From: Anaeramoeba ignava BMAN
Lineage: Eukaryota > Protista > Anaeramoebae
Direction of reading: 5' to 3'
Assembly (NCBI GenBank): GCA_028826165.1
Contig: JAPDFW010000104.1
Coordinates: 124,001-188,000 of the forward strand
DNA length: 64,000 nt
Below the pieces are notes generated by a model that was not told the origin of the DNA, made no database searches, and was given only the letters and a program-made list of their open reading frames with translations. The translations under genes were made by a program, and so were the position numbers. Below, piece after piece: positions 38,112-51,378 of the stretch. Within the stretch, counting starts at the first letter, position 1. Each line of letters begins with the position of its first letter.

Positions 38112-38570
38112 ATATTCTTTTATATTAATAATTTAAAATATTTTATTAAATTTATATCTTAATTTATAATAATATTAAACAATAATTTATTTATAAATTT
38201 ATTTAAAATAATTTAAATATAAAATATTTATTATTAATATTTAATTTATATTAATTTAATAAATATATTCTTTTATATTAATTATTTAAAATATTTTATT
38301 AAATTTATTTCTTAATTTATAATAATTTTATATAATAATTTATTTATAAATTTATTCAAAATAATTTAAATATAAAATATATTCTTTTATATTAATTATT
38401 TAAAATATTTTATTAAATTTATTTCTTAATTTATAATAATTTTATATAATAATTTATTTATAAATTTATTCAAAATAATTTAAATATAAAATATATTCTT
38501 TTATATTAATTATTTAAAATATTTTATTAAATTTATATCTTAATTTATAATAATTTTAAATAAAAATTTA
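38112..38570. repeat. AT-rich minisatellite, right part (same family as 33590-34321)
   Basis: Same unit at about 38112, 38265, 38381 and 38494. Confidence 0.9.
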
Positions 38571-38754
38571 TTTAAATTCTCTTTCAAAATCAATCTTAAA
38601 ATCAATCTTAAAATCAATTTATAAAAATGAAAATGAAAAATGGAAATGGAAATTAATTTGGTTTTTATTATTAATTTTGATTAATCCTTCTTTGAAAGAA
38701 AATTTGTTGAATTTTTTTCCCATGGTAATCCTAATTTTTTGTATTAATGGTTTT

Positions 38755-40389
38755 TCAATTTTGTGAAGTATATTGGATCAGAATATTCATAAAACAAATA
38801 ATATCCAAGCATATGAGCAAAATATAAATAGGAATGAATGAATAAGAAATGTTTTCAATTTTCTTTTCCAAATAAAGATTCATTAAAATGATAAAGGGAA
38901 TGAAAATCAAAGGCAGGATGACGAATTTGCTAATAAAGACTCCCCTCTTAAGATCAAAATCAAAATCCAAAAATAGGGGAAGATAATATAAGATAATATT
39001 GAAATAAATTGGAATGAAAACAATTCCATAATTCCATTTGATTGTTCCATCAATTCTTAATCCTAAAAATATCAAGAAGATGATACACAAAAACAGAAAC
39101 TCAACATAATCTTCCAATCTTTGAATTTTGCATCAGTAGATTTGATCAAGAAGAGAATAGAAAAAATTATAGAAATAAAGAGAAAAAGAAAAGGAATAAA
39201 AATAATAATCCAAGAACACTTAATAAAATTATCAACTCTTAATCCAATTAAAATACATTCAACCACAAATTCAATCAAAAAAAAATAAAACCTCAAAAAA
39301 AAAATCTTCACTTCTTTTTGAGGGTATATCTGTTTGAATAAGTTTGTCCGAATCAATAAAATCCATTCTATTAAATCGAGAATAAGAAAACCAAATAAAG
39401 GAACAAAAAAAGCAAAATTTAAACCAGTTAATGTATAGAACCCTTCATTAATTTTGAGGGGGATTAAAAAAAAATATATTGTCAATCCCAAAAAAAAGCA
39501 ACCGAGGGTAGGGGTTGTAAGATGATTATCGCGGAATTTGTGATAAGATTGGAATTTTTCTCTTCTTGGTGCATATTTAATCTGATTTTGGATTTTGATT
39601 CGTTCTTTCAAAAGAAGATGTTGAATTTTTCTTGCTTTTTCAATCATTTCTTCTTTTGGATTTTCTAATAATTTAATATATTTAATTCTTTCTTCTTCTG
39701 TTGAATTAAACACTGGTTTTCTTTCATTTGAATTTTCATCTTTCATTGTGGAATCATCAATTTTATTATTATTGAAATATTTTTTCAATCTTTTTTCTCT
39801 TTCTTGATTTAATTTTTGGAAATGAGTTTGACTTAAATTTGGGAAATCTAAACTTTGATTTTGAATTTGAATATCATCAATTTCATTAATAAGTGGAGTT
39901 TGAAATCCTAAAATTTCATATTTTCTTTCATCAAAATTAAATTTCAATTTAAAATAATCAAAAATAAAAAAAATTTGATAAGATTTAGCAATTTTTATCC
40001 ATGTTTGTTTATCATTAAAAATATCTTGAAAATATCTGCAAGTTAATCCTAAATTAGTAAATGCTCCAGGAGATAAATATTCACAAATCATTAATAAAAC
40101 TAATTAAGGAAAAAAATTAGGAAAAAAGGAAAAAATTAAAAAAAAAGGAAAATAAAATTATTTTACTTTCTGTAGGAAGTTGATTAAGTATTAAATTTTC
40201 TTTTTCTGGTGGAATTTTTTGATTTTTTGTTGAATTTAAATAATTTCCTTTTTTTAATAATTCAAAATCACTTTTTTCAATTTTCATTGCTCCTTTTTGT
40301 TTATAAATTTTTGTTTTAAAAGGAGAATTATCTATTTCAACCCATTTTTTTTCTTTTGTTCCTGAACTAAAAAAATGTAAAGGATTCAT
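38755..40389 (-). CDS. F-box protein with multi-pass TMEM185/TMEM203-like membrane region (intron 40100-40167; frameshift at about 39110)
   Basis: Spliced LNQLPTE-ILLMICEYLSPGAFTNLGLTCRYFQDIFNDKQTW (F-box), plus repeated IGLRVDNFIKCSWIIIFIPF / LGLRIDGTIKWNYGIVFIPIY / NLYLEKKIENISYSFIPIY membrane motifs. The true C-terminus may extend to about 38680. Confidence 0.72.
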
Positions 40390-40488
40390 TTTTAATTATT
40401 AATAAAAAATCAAAAGGAAAAAAATGAAAACAGGAAAAAATTTTTTCCTGTTTTCAAAATTTCATTTTTTTTGCTTTTTTTTTTTAAA

Positions 40489-41922
40489 ATGGAAAATTAT
40501 TTAAATTTAGAAAAACTTTCAAATGATTTAAAAAATTTATTTCAAAATCAAAATCAAAATGAAAATGGAAATTATTTTGATTTTGAAATAAATTGTGAAC
40601 AAAATCAAATTTCATTTAAAACTCATAAATCAATTCTTTCTTCAAGAAGTCAATATTTTAAATCTCTTTTTAAATCAAAAATGAAAGAATATCAAGAAAA
40701 TAAATTAATTCTAAAAGATGTTTCAAGTTCAATTTTATTCCCAATTTTGAAATATTTATATTCAGGAAAAATTGAAATTAATTTAGAAAATGCAATAGAA
40801 ATTTTAATTTTTTCATCAAAATATTTAATTGATGAATTAATTGAAATTTGTTTAAATTTTATCAAAAATAATTTACAAATTGAAACTATTGTTGATGTTC
40901 TTAAATTATCTGAATCAATGAACTTAAATGAATTATTAGATTATTCTTATAAATTTATTTCTGAAAATTTTGAAAAATTTATCAAAACTTCATTTTTTCT
41001 TGAACTTGAAGAAAATCATTTAAATTCAATATTATCAAAAGAAGATATTTCAACAAATGAATTTGAACTTTTCCAATCAATAATAAAATGGAGAAAACAT
41101 AAATCAAATGATAATCAAATTTCAAATATTATTATTGAAAAAATCAGATTCATTGATTTTTCAAAAGAAGAACTTGAAAATACTTTGAAAGAAGATTTAA
41201 TTCCAAATAAAATTTCTGAAAAATTAATTCAATTACAAAAACTTCAAAAACAAAATGATGAAAAAGAATTAGAACAATTTATTGAAAAAGAAAAAGAAAA
41301 TTCATTAATTTTTCAACCAAGATTTAAGTTTGATTCATCAATGGTTCAAGAAAAAGAACAAATAAAGAAATTAAAAGAATGGATAAATGATAATGGATTC
41401 TTTTCCAAAATGAAAAAAGGATTTTCAGCCAAAAGAGATGGATTTTCTTCTTATAAATGGCATTCTAAATGTGATAATAAAGGGAAAACATTAGTTATTA
41501 TCAAAACAATAAAAAACTTCATTTTTGGAGGATTTACTTCAGTTGGATTCACAAACAATAAATTAGAATGGAGAGAAGAAGATAGAAACACTGATCAAGG
41601 ATTTATTTATGATGAAAATGCATTTATTTTTTCATTAAGAAATGATACAAATGATAGAAAACCTGAGAAATTTTCAATTCAAAAAGGAGAAGAAAAATTT
41701 GCAATTAAATATCATCCAATTTATAATCCTGCTTTTGGAAAATATGGACCTGGAAAAGCTGATTTTTGTTTATATTCAGATTTAAACGGTTTTTATTCAA
41801 ATTTTGGATCTGTTTATAATTTACCTGATGGAATTGAATATGAATCAAATGAAGCAAAAAGTTATTTAGCTGGTTCTTATGGTGATTGGGAAGTTGATGA
41901 ACTTGAAACTTATTTCATTTAA
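40489..41922 (+). CDS. BTB/POZ-BACK-TLDc domain protein
   Basis: FKTHKSILSSRSQYFKSLF (BTB); GFSAKRDGFSSYKWHSKCDNKGKTLVIIKT..IFGGFT..AFIFSL (TLDc); ATG at 40489. Confidence 0.93.
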   Translation: MENYLNLEKLSNDLKNLFQNQNQNENGNYFDFEINCEQNQISFKTHKSILSSRSQYFKSLFKSKMKEYQENKLILKDVSSSILFPILKYLYSGKIEINLENAIEILIFSSKYLIDELIEICLNFIKNNLQIETIVDVLKLSESMNLNELLDYSYKFISENFEKFIKTSFFLELEENHLNSILSKEDISTNEFELFQSIIKWRKHKSNDNQISNIIIEKIRFIDFSKEELENTLKEDLIPNKISEKLIQLQKLQKQNDEKELEQFIEKEKENSLIFQPRFKFDSSMVQEKEQIKKLKEWINDNGFFSKMKKGFSAKRDGFSSYKWHSKCDNKGKTLVIIKTIKNFIFGGFTSVGFTNNKLEWREEDRNTDQGFIYDENAFIFSLRNDTNDRKPEKFSIQKGEEKFAIKYHPIYNPAFGKYGPGKADFCLYSDLNGFYSNFGSVYNLPDGIEYESNEAKSYLAGSYGDWEVDELETYFI

Positions 41923-42046
41923 AACATTTGAAACATTTTTCAAACAAAAAAATAAATAACATCAAAGTCAAATTAATCAAATAAAAAAAAAAGAAGAAGA
42001 TAAAAATCAAAATTTAAATTTTCATTTTTATCTTTTTAAAAAAAAA

Positions 42047-44903
42047 ATGGATAAAAATTTAAATCAAAATAAAATTAAAATTGGACCAAAAACATTAACA
42101 ACACTTCAATTATCAATTCCAAATAAAGAAAAAATTGATTTAAATACATTTATTGAAATTACTTCAAAAAAAACAAATTTATCAAAAAATGAAGCAAAAA
42201 AATTATTTTTTGAAGTTGATTTAGATGGAGATAATATTATAAATTGGGATGAATTTGTTAATAATTTTGTATTTTCTGAAAATTTAAATGAAGAATCAAA
42301 TTCTGAAATTTATTTACTTAAAAAATTTGGAAATGAAATTGAAAATGAAAATGAAAATGAAAATGAAAAAATTAGTTCACTTTGTTTTCTAAATCATCAA
42401 AATAAATACATTTCAACAGGAAATAATGGGATTATCAAGTTATGGTCATCTTCTTCTTTGGAATGTGTTAAATCAATTCAAGTTAATCAAAATAATACAA
42501 TGTTAACTGATTCTTGTAAAATTGAAAATGACGATCTTATCGCTATAAGTTCATGTGCTAGAAAAATTCATTTATATCATTTACCTTCTTTTGATTTTAT
42601 TGATGAAATTGTTGATATTCCAAATATTCCTCTTTGTCTTCATTCTTGGTCAAATTATCAAGATAAATTTCTTTCTTTTGGAGATGAAAAAGGTCAAAGT
42701 AATTTTTTATTTTAAAAAATTTAATTAATTTTCAATTTAAAAACTAATTTAAATTTTATTTAAAGTTTTTATTATGAAAAAAATGATCAATTCAGAAAAG
42801 AAATTTTTCAAAATTAATAATAATAATTCAATAAAACTTATTCCACATAAAGATTGGATTTCACAAATTAAATTATGGGGAAATATTGGAATTTTATCAA
42901 GTTCATATGATAAAACATTGAAAATTACAGATATAGAAAATCAATCAGTAATTGAAACACTTGAAGGACATGAAAAAGCATGTTTTTGTTTTGATACTTG
43001 TTCTTCACTTGGATTTATTGCAAGTGGAGGACTTGAACGTTCAATTTTGATTTGGAGTCCTCATATAAATAAACCAACTATGATATTATCAGGTCACACT
43101 TCTTCAATTGTTAAATTAATTGTTCTTGAAAATGAAAATTTATTAGCTTCACTTTCTCTTGATAAATCAATTAAATTATGGGATATTAGAAATTTTCAAT
43201 GTGTTCAAACAATTCAATTTGATTCTTTTCAATTTAATTCAAAAAAGAAGAAATTTACAAAATCAAATTCTTTATCAACTTGTATGATTTATGATAATAA
43301 AAAAGAACAAATAGTTACTGCTTCAAATAAACTTACTATTTGGAAGGTGAAAAAGAAAAAAACAAAAAAGAAATTTATTAATTTAATTTTTAATTTTTTA
43401 TTTTAAATTTAGAAAAATCCAAATCAAAATTTAAAATCAAATTTCTTAAAAAATCAATTTCATCAAGATAAAATTATAAATACATTATATAATGAAACAT
43501 TTCAACAAATTTATTGTATTGATGAAAGAGCAAAAATGAGGTAAAATTTCCCTAAAAAAAGAAAAAATTTAAATTAAATTAATAAAATAAAAAAGTATTT
43601 GGAATATTTTAAATGGAAAAATAGAAAATCAAATTCAAATCCAAATCAAAGAAAAAGTATCAAATGTAATTTTTGATAAATTTAAAAGAAAATTAATTAT
43701 TGGTTGTGAGAAAGGATTTCTTTATATTGTTAATCCTTCAAATGGGAAAATAATTTCAAAAGTTCAACAAAAAAACAAAATTCAAATTAATAAAATATTA
43801 TATTCATTTCAAAAAGAAACAAATGAAAAACAAATTATAAGTTTTGGATTAAGTAAAGATATTTATATTTGGAAAGAATATGGGAATGGGTTAATTAAAT
43901 TTCAATCAAAATTAACTCATAAATATGATGATATTTGTTCAGTTTGTTTATGTTTTCCAAATTTAATTATTTCATCTGATTGGAAAGGGAATATTTTCAT
44001 TTGGAATTTAAATACTTTTCAACTTTATGATTCTTTTCAATATTTCTCAAATTTAAATATTCAATTACTTCAATTTCTTGATTCAATTAATTCATTAATA
44101 ATTATTGGGAAATTTGGTTTAATAATTTGGTCTTTAGATTTAAAAAAGATTTTATTTGATTATTATAATGAAGAAAATGAAGAAAAAAATTTAATTTCTT
44201 TCACTTCAATTTGTTTAGATGATTCTCAATCATTATTATTATTAGGAGATTCAAATGGAATAATTAGTATTTGGGAAATTATTAATAACAATAAGAAGAA
44301 TATTCAATTATTATTAAAAAATTTTTGGCAAATTGAAAATGAAAATGAAAATGAAAATGAAAATGAAATTATTGGATTAAGTTTTATTCAAATTTCAAAT
44401 CAAAAATTCATTTTATCAAATTCAAATTTTAATGTTTATATTTGGAATTTAAATGGAATTTGTTTAGGAAAAATTGGAAATGAAGAAAAAAATTGGAATT
44501 TATTTTCAAATCAATCAAAAAAAGAAAAAGAAAAAGAAGAAAAAGAAAAGAAATTATCTTCTTTATCTTTTTATTTAAATTTCCTAAATAATCAATCAAA
44601 AAAAGAAAAAGAAAAGAAAAAAGAAAAGAAGAAGAAAAAGAAAAAGAAAATTCAAATTATGAAAAAGAAGATGAAAAAGAAAAAAATTATTTTAAATCAA
44701 AACCTTTTTCAGAAATATTAAAAAAATTAAAAAAAGAAATTGATAAATTTGAAAATGAAAGAATTATTAATGAAAAAAATGAAGAAATAAATTTAAAAAA
44801 GAAGAAAAAACAAAAATTAATAATAAGAAGAAAAAAAGAAAAAAAAGATTTAAATTTTTCTTATCAATCATATAGAAATTTAAGAATTCAAAATTTGAAT
44901 TAA
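42047..44903 (+). CDS. EF-hand plus WD40-repeat protein (WDR49/WDR64/EFCAB8-like); multi-exon
   Basis: LFFEVDLDGDNIINWDEFVN; FIASGGLERSILIWSPH..LSGHTSSI..SLSLDKSIKLWDIRNFQCVQTI. Further WD exons at about 43412-43541 and 43595-44600. The 3' end is approximate. Confidence 0.8.
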
Positions 44904-44968
44904 ATTCAATTCAAATCAATTTTAAATAAAGATTTAGAATAAAAAATATAAATATTTTTATATTTTTT

Positions 44969-47900
44969 TTAATCACTTTCATCTTCATCTTCATCTTCAT
45001 CTTCATCTGTTTCAAGAATATTATCATCATCATCATCTTCATCATCTTCATCACTTTTTTTATCATTATATTCTTGATCTTCCTCACTTTCATCACTTTT
45101 AACAAGAAAATTATTAAGTTCACTTTCACTTTCATCTTCATCTTCATCTTCATCTTCATCTTCATCTTCATCAGTTTCTTCATTACTTTTAATTTCATCT
45201 CCTTCACTTTCTTCATCTTCATCTTCATCTTCATCTTCATCTTCATCTTCATCTTCATCTTCATCTTCACTTTCTTCATCACTTTCAGATTCAATTTCTT
45301 TCTCTTTCTCTTTTTCTTTTTCTTTTTCTTCTTCATTTTCATTTTCATTTTCAATTTCCATTTCTTTTTCTTTCTTATTTTCTTTCTTATCTTCTTTCTT
45401 ATCTTCTTTCTTATTTTCTTTCTTATCTTCTTTCTTATTTGATTTTGATTTATTATGTCTTGATTTTTTTGTTTTATGATGTGAATTTTTCTTCTTTTTT
45501 CTTTTTTTTCTTCTTTTTTTCTTTTCAATTACTTCAGTATTATAAAATTCTGTAGGAACCATTTGTGACATTAAAATATGTCCATCTAATGTTTTATGTT
45601 CTAATTTGGAAACTTTTAATCTTCTTTCAACCATTGAATTTAATTTAGAAACTTTGGAAACAAACATATCTAAATGTTTTTTAATTTGAGGAATAATTTT
45701 TAATGTTTGTTTTTCTCCTTTAATTTTATGATGATCACATAAACTTTGTAAATATATATTTTGTGATTGAAATGTTTTAAGAATTTCTGTAATTTTGGTT
45801 TCTTGTGCAACAAAATGTTGTTGAAATAATCTCATTGCTTTTAATACAAATGTTTGAATAAAAGCTTTACTTCCTTTTAAAACAGTAGTATGAACTCCTT
45901 TTAAATTAGCAAATCTTGATGTATTATCTAATATTTTTGTAAAATATTCAACACATTTTCCAATTAATTCAAGTCTGTTATCAATAATATAAACTGCATT
46001 TTTTGTTGGGATTAATTTGATTATCATTTTGTTTAATTCTTCCAAAATATATTTTAAATAGGTTGTATATGTTTGTGCTTTTAATGTTCCAATATTAAAT
46101 GGTTCTTTTCCCATTTCTTCAATTATTTTATTGATAATTTCAAATATATTTTCGTTTGCTAATTCAAATATTATTTTGATCATTTTCCCAAGTTGAATAG
46201 AACGTATTGTTGATTTAAATCCTGATTTAGCTTCATCCCAATTTTTTTCAATAAATTTAAAAATGATTTGACTAATTTCTTTTGAAATTTCTTTGTTATT
46301 TTTGTATAAATGAGTGATAGTAAATAATAAATCTGCAAAATTTGAAGAAATTGAAAATGTTTGAATAAGAGAAAAGAATTTTTCTGATTTAAAAAATGAA
46401 ATATCTAATGGAATATTTTCATTTAAATTTATATTCATTTCATTTGTATTTTCATTTTCATTTGTATTTTCATTTTCATTTTCATTTGTATTTTCATTTG
46501 AATTTTCATTTTCATTTGTATTTTCATTTAAATTTCATTTTCATTTGTATTTTCATTTAAATTTAAATTAGATTTTCTTAATGAATCTCGAATTCTTTGT
46601 TTTGTTTGTAAATATTCTGGATCATTAATATTTTTCCCAAATGCAATTGAATAATAAAATTCAAAAATTAAAAAATCTCTTTCTTCTTTACTTAAATTCC
46701 CACTTTTTAAAATATTTGTTGAAATTTGAAGAATTGTTGTTGCACAACTTTGATATTTTTTAAATTTTTCAATTTCTGTTGAATCATTTTCTTCATTTTC
46801 TTCATTTGATTTGAAAATTTCATAACTTTTACTTAATAAATCTCGAAGATGGATATAAACATTTGGCATACTTTCAATTATAATTTTGATAATTTCTTGT
46901 TTTGGGATTCTTTCCATAAAAGAAAATGAATTTTTTTGATAAATTGAAAGTTGATCATTTCCTTTTAAATAATCTGGTTTTTTCATAAAAAACATTAATT
47001 TTGGAGGGAAAATTATTTTGGTTTTGTTTTGTAAATCATTTAATAAAAATTCTAATTCTTCAATATTTAAATCATTATTTTTTGGATTTTCTTTGATTTG
47101 AGATGAATGTTTCATAACAAATAAAGCTTGTGGAGTGATTTCTCTATAATATTGAGAAATTACATTAATCATTTTTGGTGTTGGATTTTTCTTGGAATCT
47201 TTCTTGGAATCTTGACTTTCATTTGATTGAGTATTATTTAAATTTAAATTTGTAAAATCATAAAATAATTGTAATTCAAATCCTAAATATTGTTCTAAAC
47301 ATCTTTTTAAAAATGATTGTAATTTCAAAACTTTTCCAAGTTGAAATCGAATGTTTTTAACTAAATAAATATTTGTGGAAACATTTTCACTTGAATAAAT
47401 ATTAATAATTTCTCTAAATAAATTAATTGCATGGAAAAGTGAAATACAAACTATTGTTTTTTCTCCATTTTTTAAATTATAAAAAGTGTTTATAATATTT
47501 TCTGAAGGAAGTTGTATTGTTAAATTTTCCAATTTTTCTGCAATAAATGATTTTTCATTTTCTGAATAAAATAAAGAATTATAAATTCTAATTAAAGAAG
47601 GAATAGTAAATAATTCAATTTGTTTTTGTTTATCTCCTGTTGTTAAATTAAATAGGATTGGATAAATTAATTTTGTTTTTTTTTCTTTTGTAAATTCATT
47701 TGAATCCCATAAACTGTAATCTTTTAAAAGATTTGATTCTGATTCTGAATCTTTTTTACACATTTTATTCAACTTGGATTCTGAAACTAGAATATTGGAA
47801 AATTCTTGATTGATTAAGGAAATGATATTTGAATAAATATCTTTTTCATTTCTTTCGTTTGAATTATCATTATTGTGAAGAATATTAATTTTTTTGTTTT

Positions 47901-49683
47901 TGAATAAAAAGGAAATTTCATCAAATAAAAAAGATTGAATAAGTTTTTCTAATCTTGGCGCATTAATAATAATATCAAATGTTGAATTAATTTGATTTTT
48001 TGGAGATGAAAATAATTGACTATTTAAACTGTGATTATTATTATTATTGTTGTTATTATCTAATATAATTTCTTTTGAAAGTTGTTCAAGAAGAGAACAT
48101 CCACATAATATTCCATTTAATTTATCTTCAAGTTTTGGACTATTAACTTTTTTACGAAGAACCATTTGGATTTCATCTTGTAAACTTTTATCAACATTTT
48201 TTGAAGATGTTAAAATACCTAATACTTGAAATGTTTTACGAATTTGATTTTGATTCATTTCTGATAACGGAAGGAAAATTGCTTGAATAAGAAGTGAAAA
48301 TTTAGCAAGTTCATCTGGTAAAGAAATTGAAATTTCAACTAATGTATTAATTGCATGATCAACTTCTTTTTCAACTTGAGATGAAATGTGAGTTAAAATT
48401 GATGAAACAACTTCTTGTTTAAGAAAATAATCATCAAAAAATGAAAAGCAAAGAAAATAAAGTTGTTGAGCAAATTTGGCAATAATATCAATTTGGTTTC
48501 TAAGAAATAATTCTGCTAAAGAGATTATACTTGTGAAATCATCTATTAATGTGCAATTAATTTTACTAAACATTTCTTGAAGTTTTTCTGAATTGATAAT
48601 TTTCTTCTTGATTAAATTTTTGATAATTCTGATAACTTCTTGTTTTTTATCAATTCTAAGTTCTGAAATTATGATTAATAACCAAATGTGAATAATATTG
48701 AGTTTTTCTGAAGATTTGATGTTTTTGATAGATTTTAAGAAAAGATCTGAAAGCTTTTTATTGCTTCTAGCTCCAATTCTAACTTGTTCAAGAATTTCCT
48801 TAATATTTTTAGAAATTTTATCATCTTGGATAATATTTTTCTTTTCTAAATTTTGGATATTTTTAGTTGATGTGATTAAAGTTAATTTTGCATCAATTTT
48901 GTTAATCAAATCCATTAATAATTTTTCAAAATTAGCATCTTTTAAACCACTTGAAGAATGTAATAAAAAATGAATAACAATAGGAAGTTCTGAAATATCC
49001 ATTGAATCAATAAGCATAACAGCTCTTGATTTCCAGTTCTCAACAACTTCTTCTGAAAGATTAAAATTGGATAAAGCTTGAAACACTGAAACACCAACTT
49101 GAGGGTTTTTAGTCATTAAATTATCAAGTCTTTGTTCAGCAACAAAATGTTGAGAATCTTCAATAATTTTAGGAAGATTATTAATAACAATTTTTTGAAT
49201 ATCAAGAGGAAAATTTGAGATTTTATCAAAAATTAATTGGGAATATTTTTGAGGATTAAATATTTGAGGAAGCCAAACAAATTGGTTAATTATTAAATCA
49301 AAAAAAACTGAAGCTTCTTTTTTTTCCATTTCTTCATAAATATATTCAAGTTGAGAAAATAAAAGTTCTGTTAAAGGAATTTGTAATTCATTTAATTGAA
49401 GCATTATTCTTAAAATACTTTGTTGAGTAATTGCAAAATGGTTTATATTTGTTTCAGTTGTTATAACTGGAAGAAGTATTTTTTGGAAAGTTTTTCTTTT
49501 TGAAATTATTTCTTCTATTTTTTCAATAATTTCATTTATAAAATTTTTTGTTTGATTTAATTTTGTTTTTAACGTATTTGTAAATTGTGTTTCATTTTTT
49601 ATTTGAATTCCATTTTCTTTAATTTTAATTCCTAAAATATTAAAGATATTATTTGAATTTTTTTGAGATTGTTTTTGTGTCAT
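44969..49683 (-). CDS. FANCD2: Fanconi anemia group D2 protein homolog (frameshift in the NENT repeat at about 46530)
   Basis: LPKIIEDSQH..VFQALSNFNLS; KQEVVSSILTHI; DEIQMVLRKKVNSPKLEDKLNGILCG (aligns by eye with the IRKQL monoubiquitination-site segment); LFHAINLFREIINIY; LQSLCDHHK; acidic tail. Confidence 0.85.
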
Positions 49684-49849
49684 TTTATTTTTATTTTTTA
49701 TTTTTTATTTTTTAAAAGAGAAAAATGAAAAATTAAAATAAATAAAAAATTTTTTTTTCTTTTTATATTGATTTATTTTTTTTTTCTTATTAAAAATTTA
49801 ATAATTAAATCAATTTAAATTATTCAATTTAAAAATTTATTTTAAATTA

Positions 49850-51300
49850 TAAAAATAAACAATTATTTTTATTCAAAAATATTTAATTTCCAATTTATTT
49901 TTCAATTTCTCTAAATAATTTATTTTTAAAAATTTTTATATTAAATTTAATTATATATTTATTAATTTTTATTTCCAATTTTTTATTTAATTTAATTAAA
50001 ATATTTTTATTTTTATTTATTAAAAATATTTAATTTCCAATTTATTTTTCAATTTATCTTAAATAATTTATTTATAAAAATGTTTATATTAAATTTAATT
50101 ATATATTTATTAATAATTTTATTTTCAAATTTTTATTTAATTTAATTAAAATATTTTTTATTCCACTTTTTATTTAAAAATATTTAATTTTTAATTTATT
50201 TTTCAATTCATCTTAAATAATTTATTTATAAAAATGTTTATATTAAATTTATTTATATATTTATTAATAATTTTATTTTCAATTTTTATTTAATTTAATT
50301 AAAAATATTTTTATTCCACTTTTTTATTTAAAAAATATTTAATTTCAAATTTATTTTTCATTTTTAAATAATTTATTTCTAAAAATGTTTATATTAAATT
50401 TAATTATATATTTATTAATAATTTTATTTCCAAATTTTTATTTAATTTAATTAAAATATTTTTATTCCACTTTTTATTTATTAAAAATATTTAATTTCAA
50501 TTTATTTTTTCATTTTATCTTAAATAATTTATTTATAAAAATATTTATATTAAATTTAATTTATATATTTATTAATAATTTTATTTTCAATTTTTATTTA
50601 ATTTAATTTAAAATATTTTTATTCCACTTTTTATTTATTTAAAAATATTTAATTTCCAATTTATTTTTCATTTTTAAATAATTTATTTATAAAAATGTTT
50701 ATATTAAATTTAATTATATATTTATTAATAATTTTATTTTCAATTTTTATTTAATTTAATTAAAATATTTTTATTCCACTTTTTATTTATTTAAAAATAT
50801 TTAATTTTTAATTTATTTTTTTCATTTTCTCTTAAATAATTTATTTTAAAAATGTTTATATTAAATTTAATTATATATTTATTAATAATTTTATTTTCCA
50901 ATTTTTATTAAATTTAATTAAAATATTTTTATTCCACTTTTTATTTATTTAAAAATATTTAATTTTTAATTTATTTTTCATTTTTCCTTATTTTTATTTA
51001 TAAAAATGTTTTATATTAAATTTAATTAAATATTTATTAATAATTTTATTTTCAATTTTTTATTTAATTTAATTTAAATATTTTTTATTCCACTTTTTAT
51101 TTATTTAAAAAATATTTAATTTTTAATTTATTTTTTTCAATTTATCTTAAATAATTTATTTCTAAAAAATATTTATATTAAATTTATTTATATATTTATT
51201 AATAATTTTATTTTCAATTTTTTATTTAATTTAATAAAAATATTTTTTATTCCACTTTTTATTTATTTAAAAAATATTTAATTTCCAATTTATTTTTTTC
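49850..51300 (+). repeat. About 155-bp AT-rich tandem repeat (about 9 copies)
   Basis: AAAATGTTTATATTAAATTTAATTATATATTTATTAATAATTTT..ATTCCACTTTTT recurs at about 50077, 50232, 50383, 50693, 50849 and 51003. Confidence 0.9.
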
Positions 51301-51378
51301 ATTTTTTTCCTTTTCATTTTTCCTTTTTCATTTCTTTTCCTTTATTTTTTCTTTTTCATTTTTATTTTCTTTTGATAA

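Noticed and set aside
33590-38570. AT-rich arrays (also 49850-52750) as CRISPR or telomeric repeats
   Set aside because: Eukaryotic context, no unique spacers, no cas genes and no G-rich telomere motif; these are degenerate minisatellites.
14748-49683. Apparent clustering of ubiquitin-system genes (USP, two BTB genes, F-box, FANCD2, transposon USP)
   Set aside because: These families are commonly large, and unrelated genes are interspersed; there is no evidence of a functional cluster.
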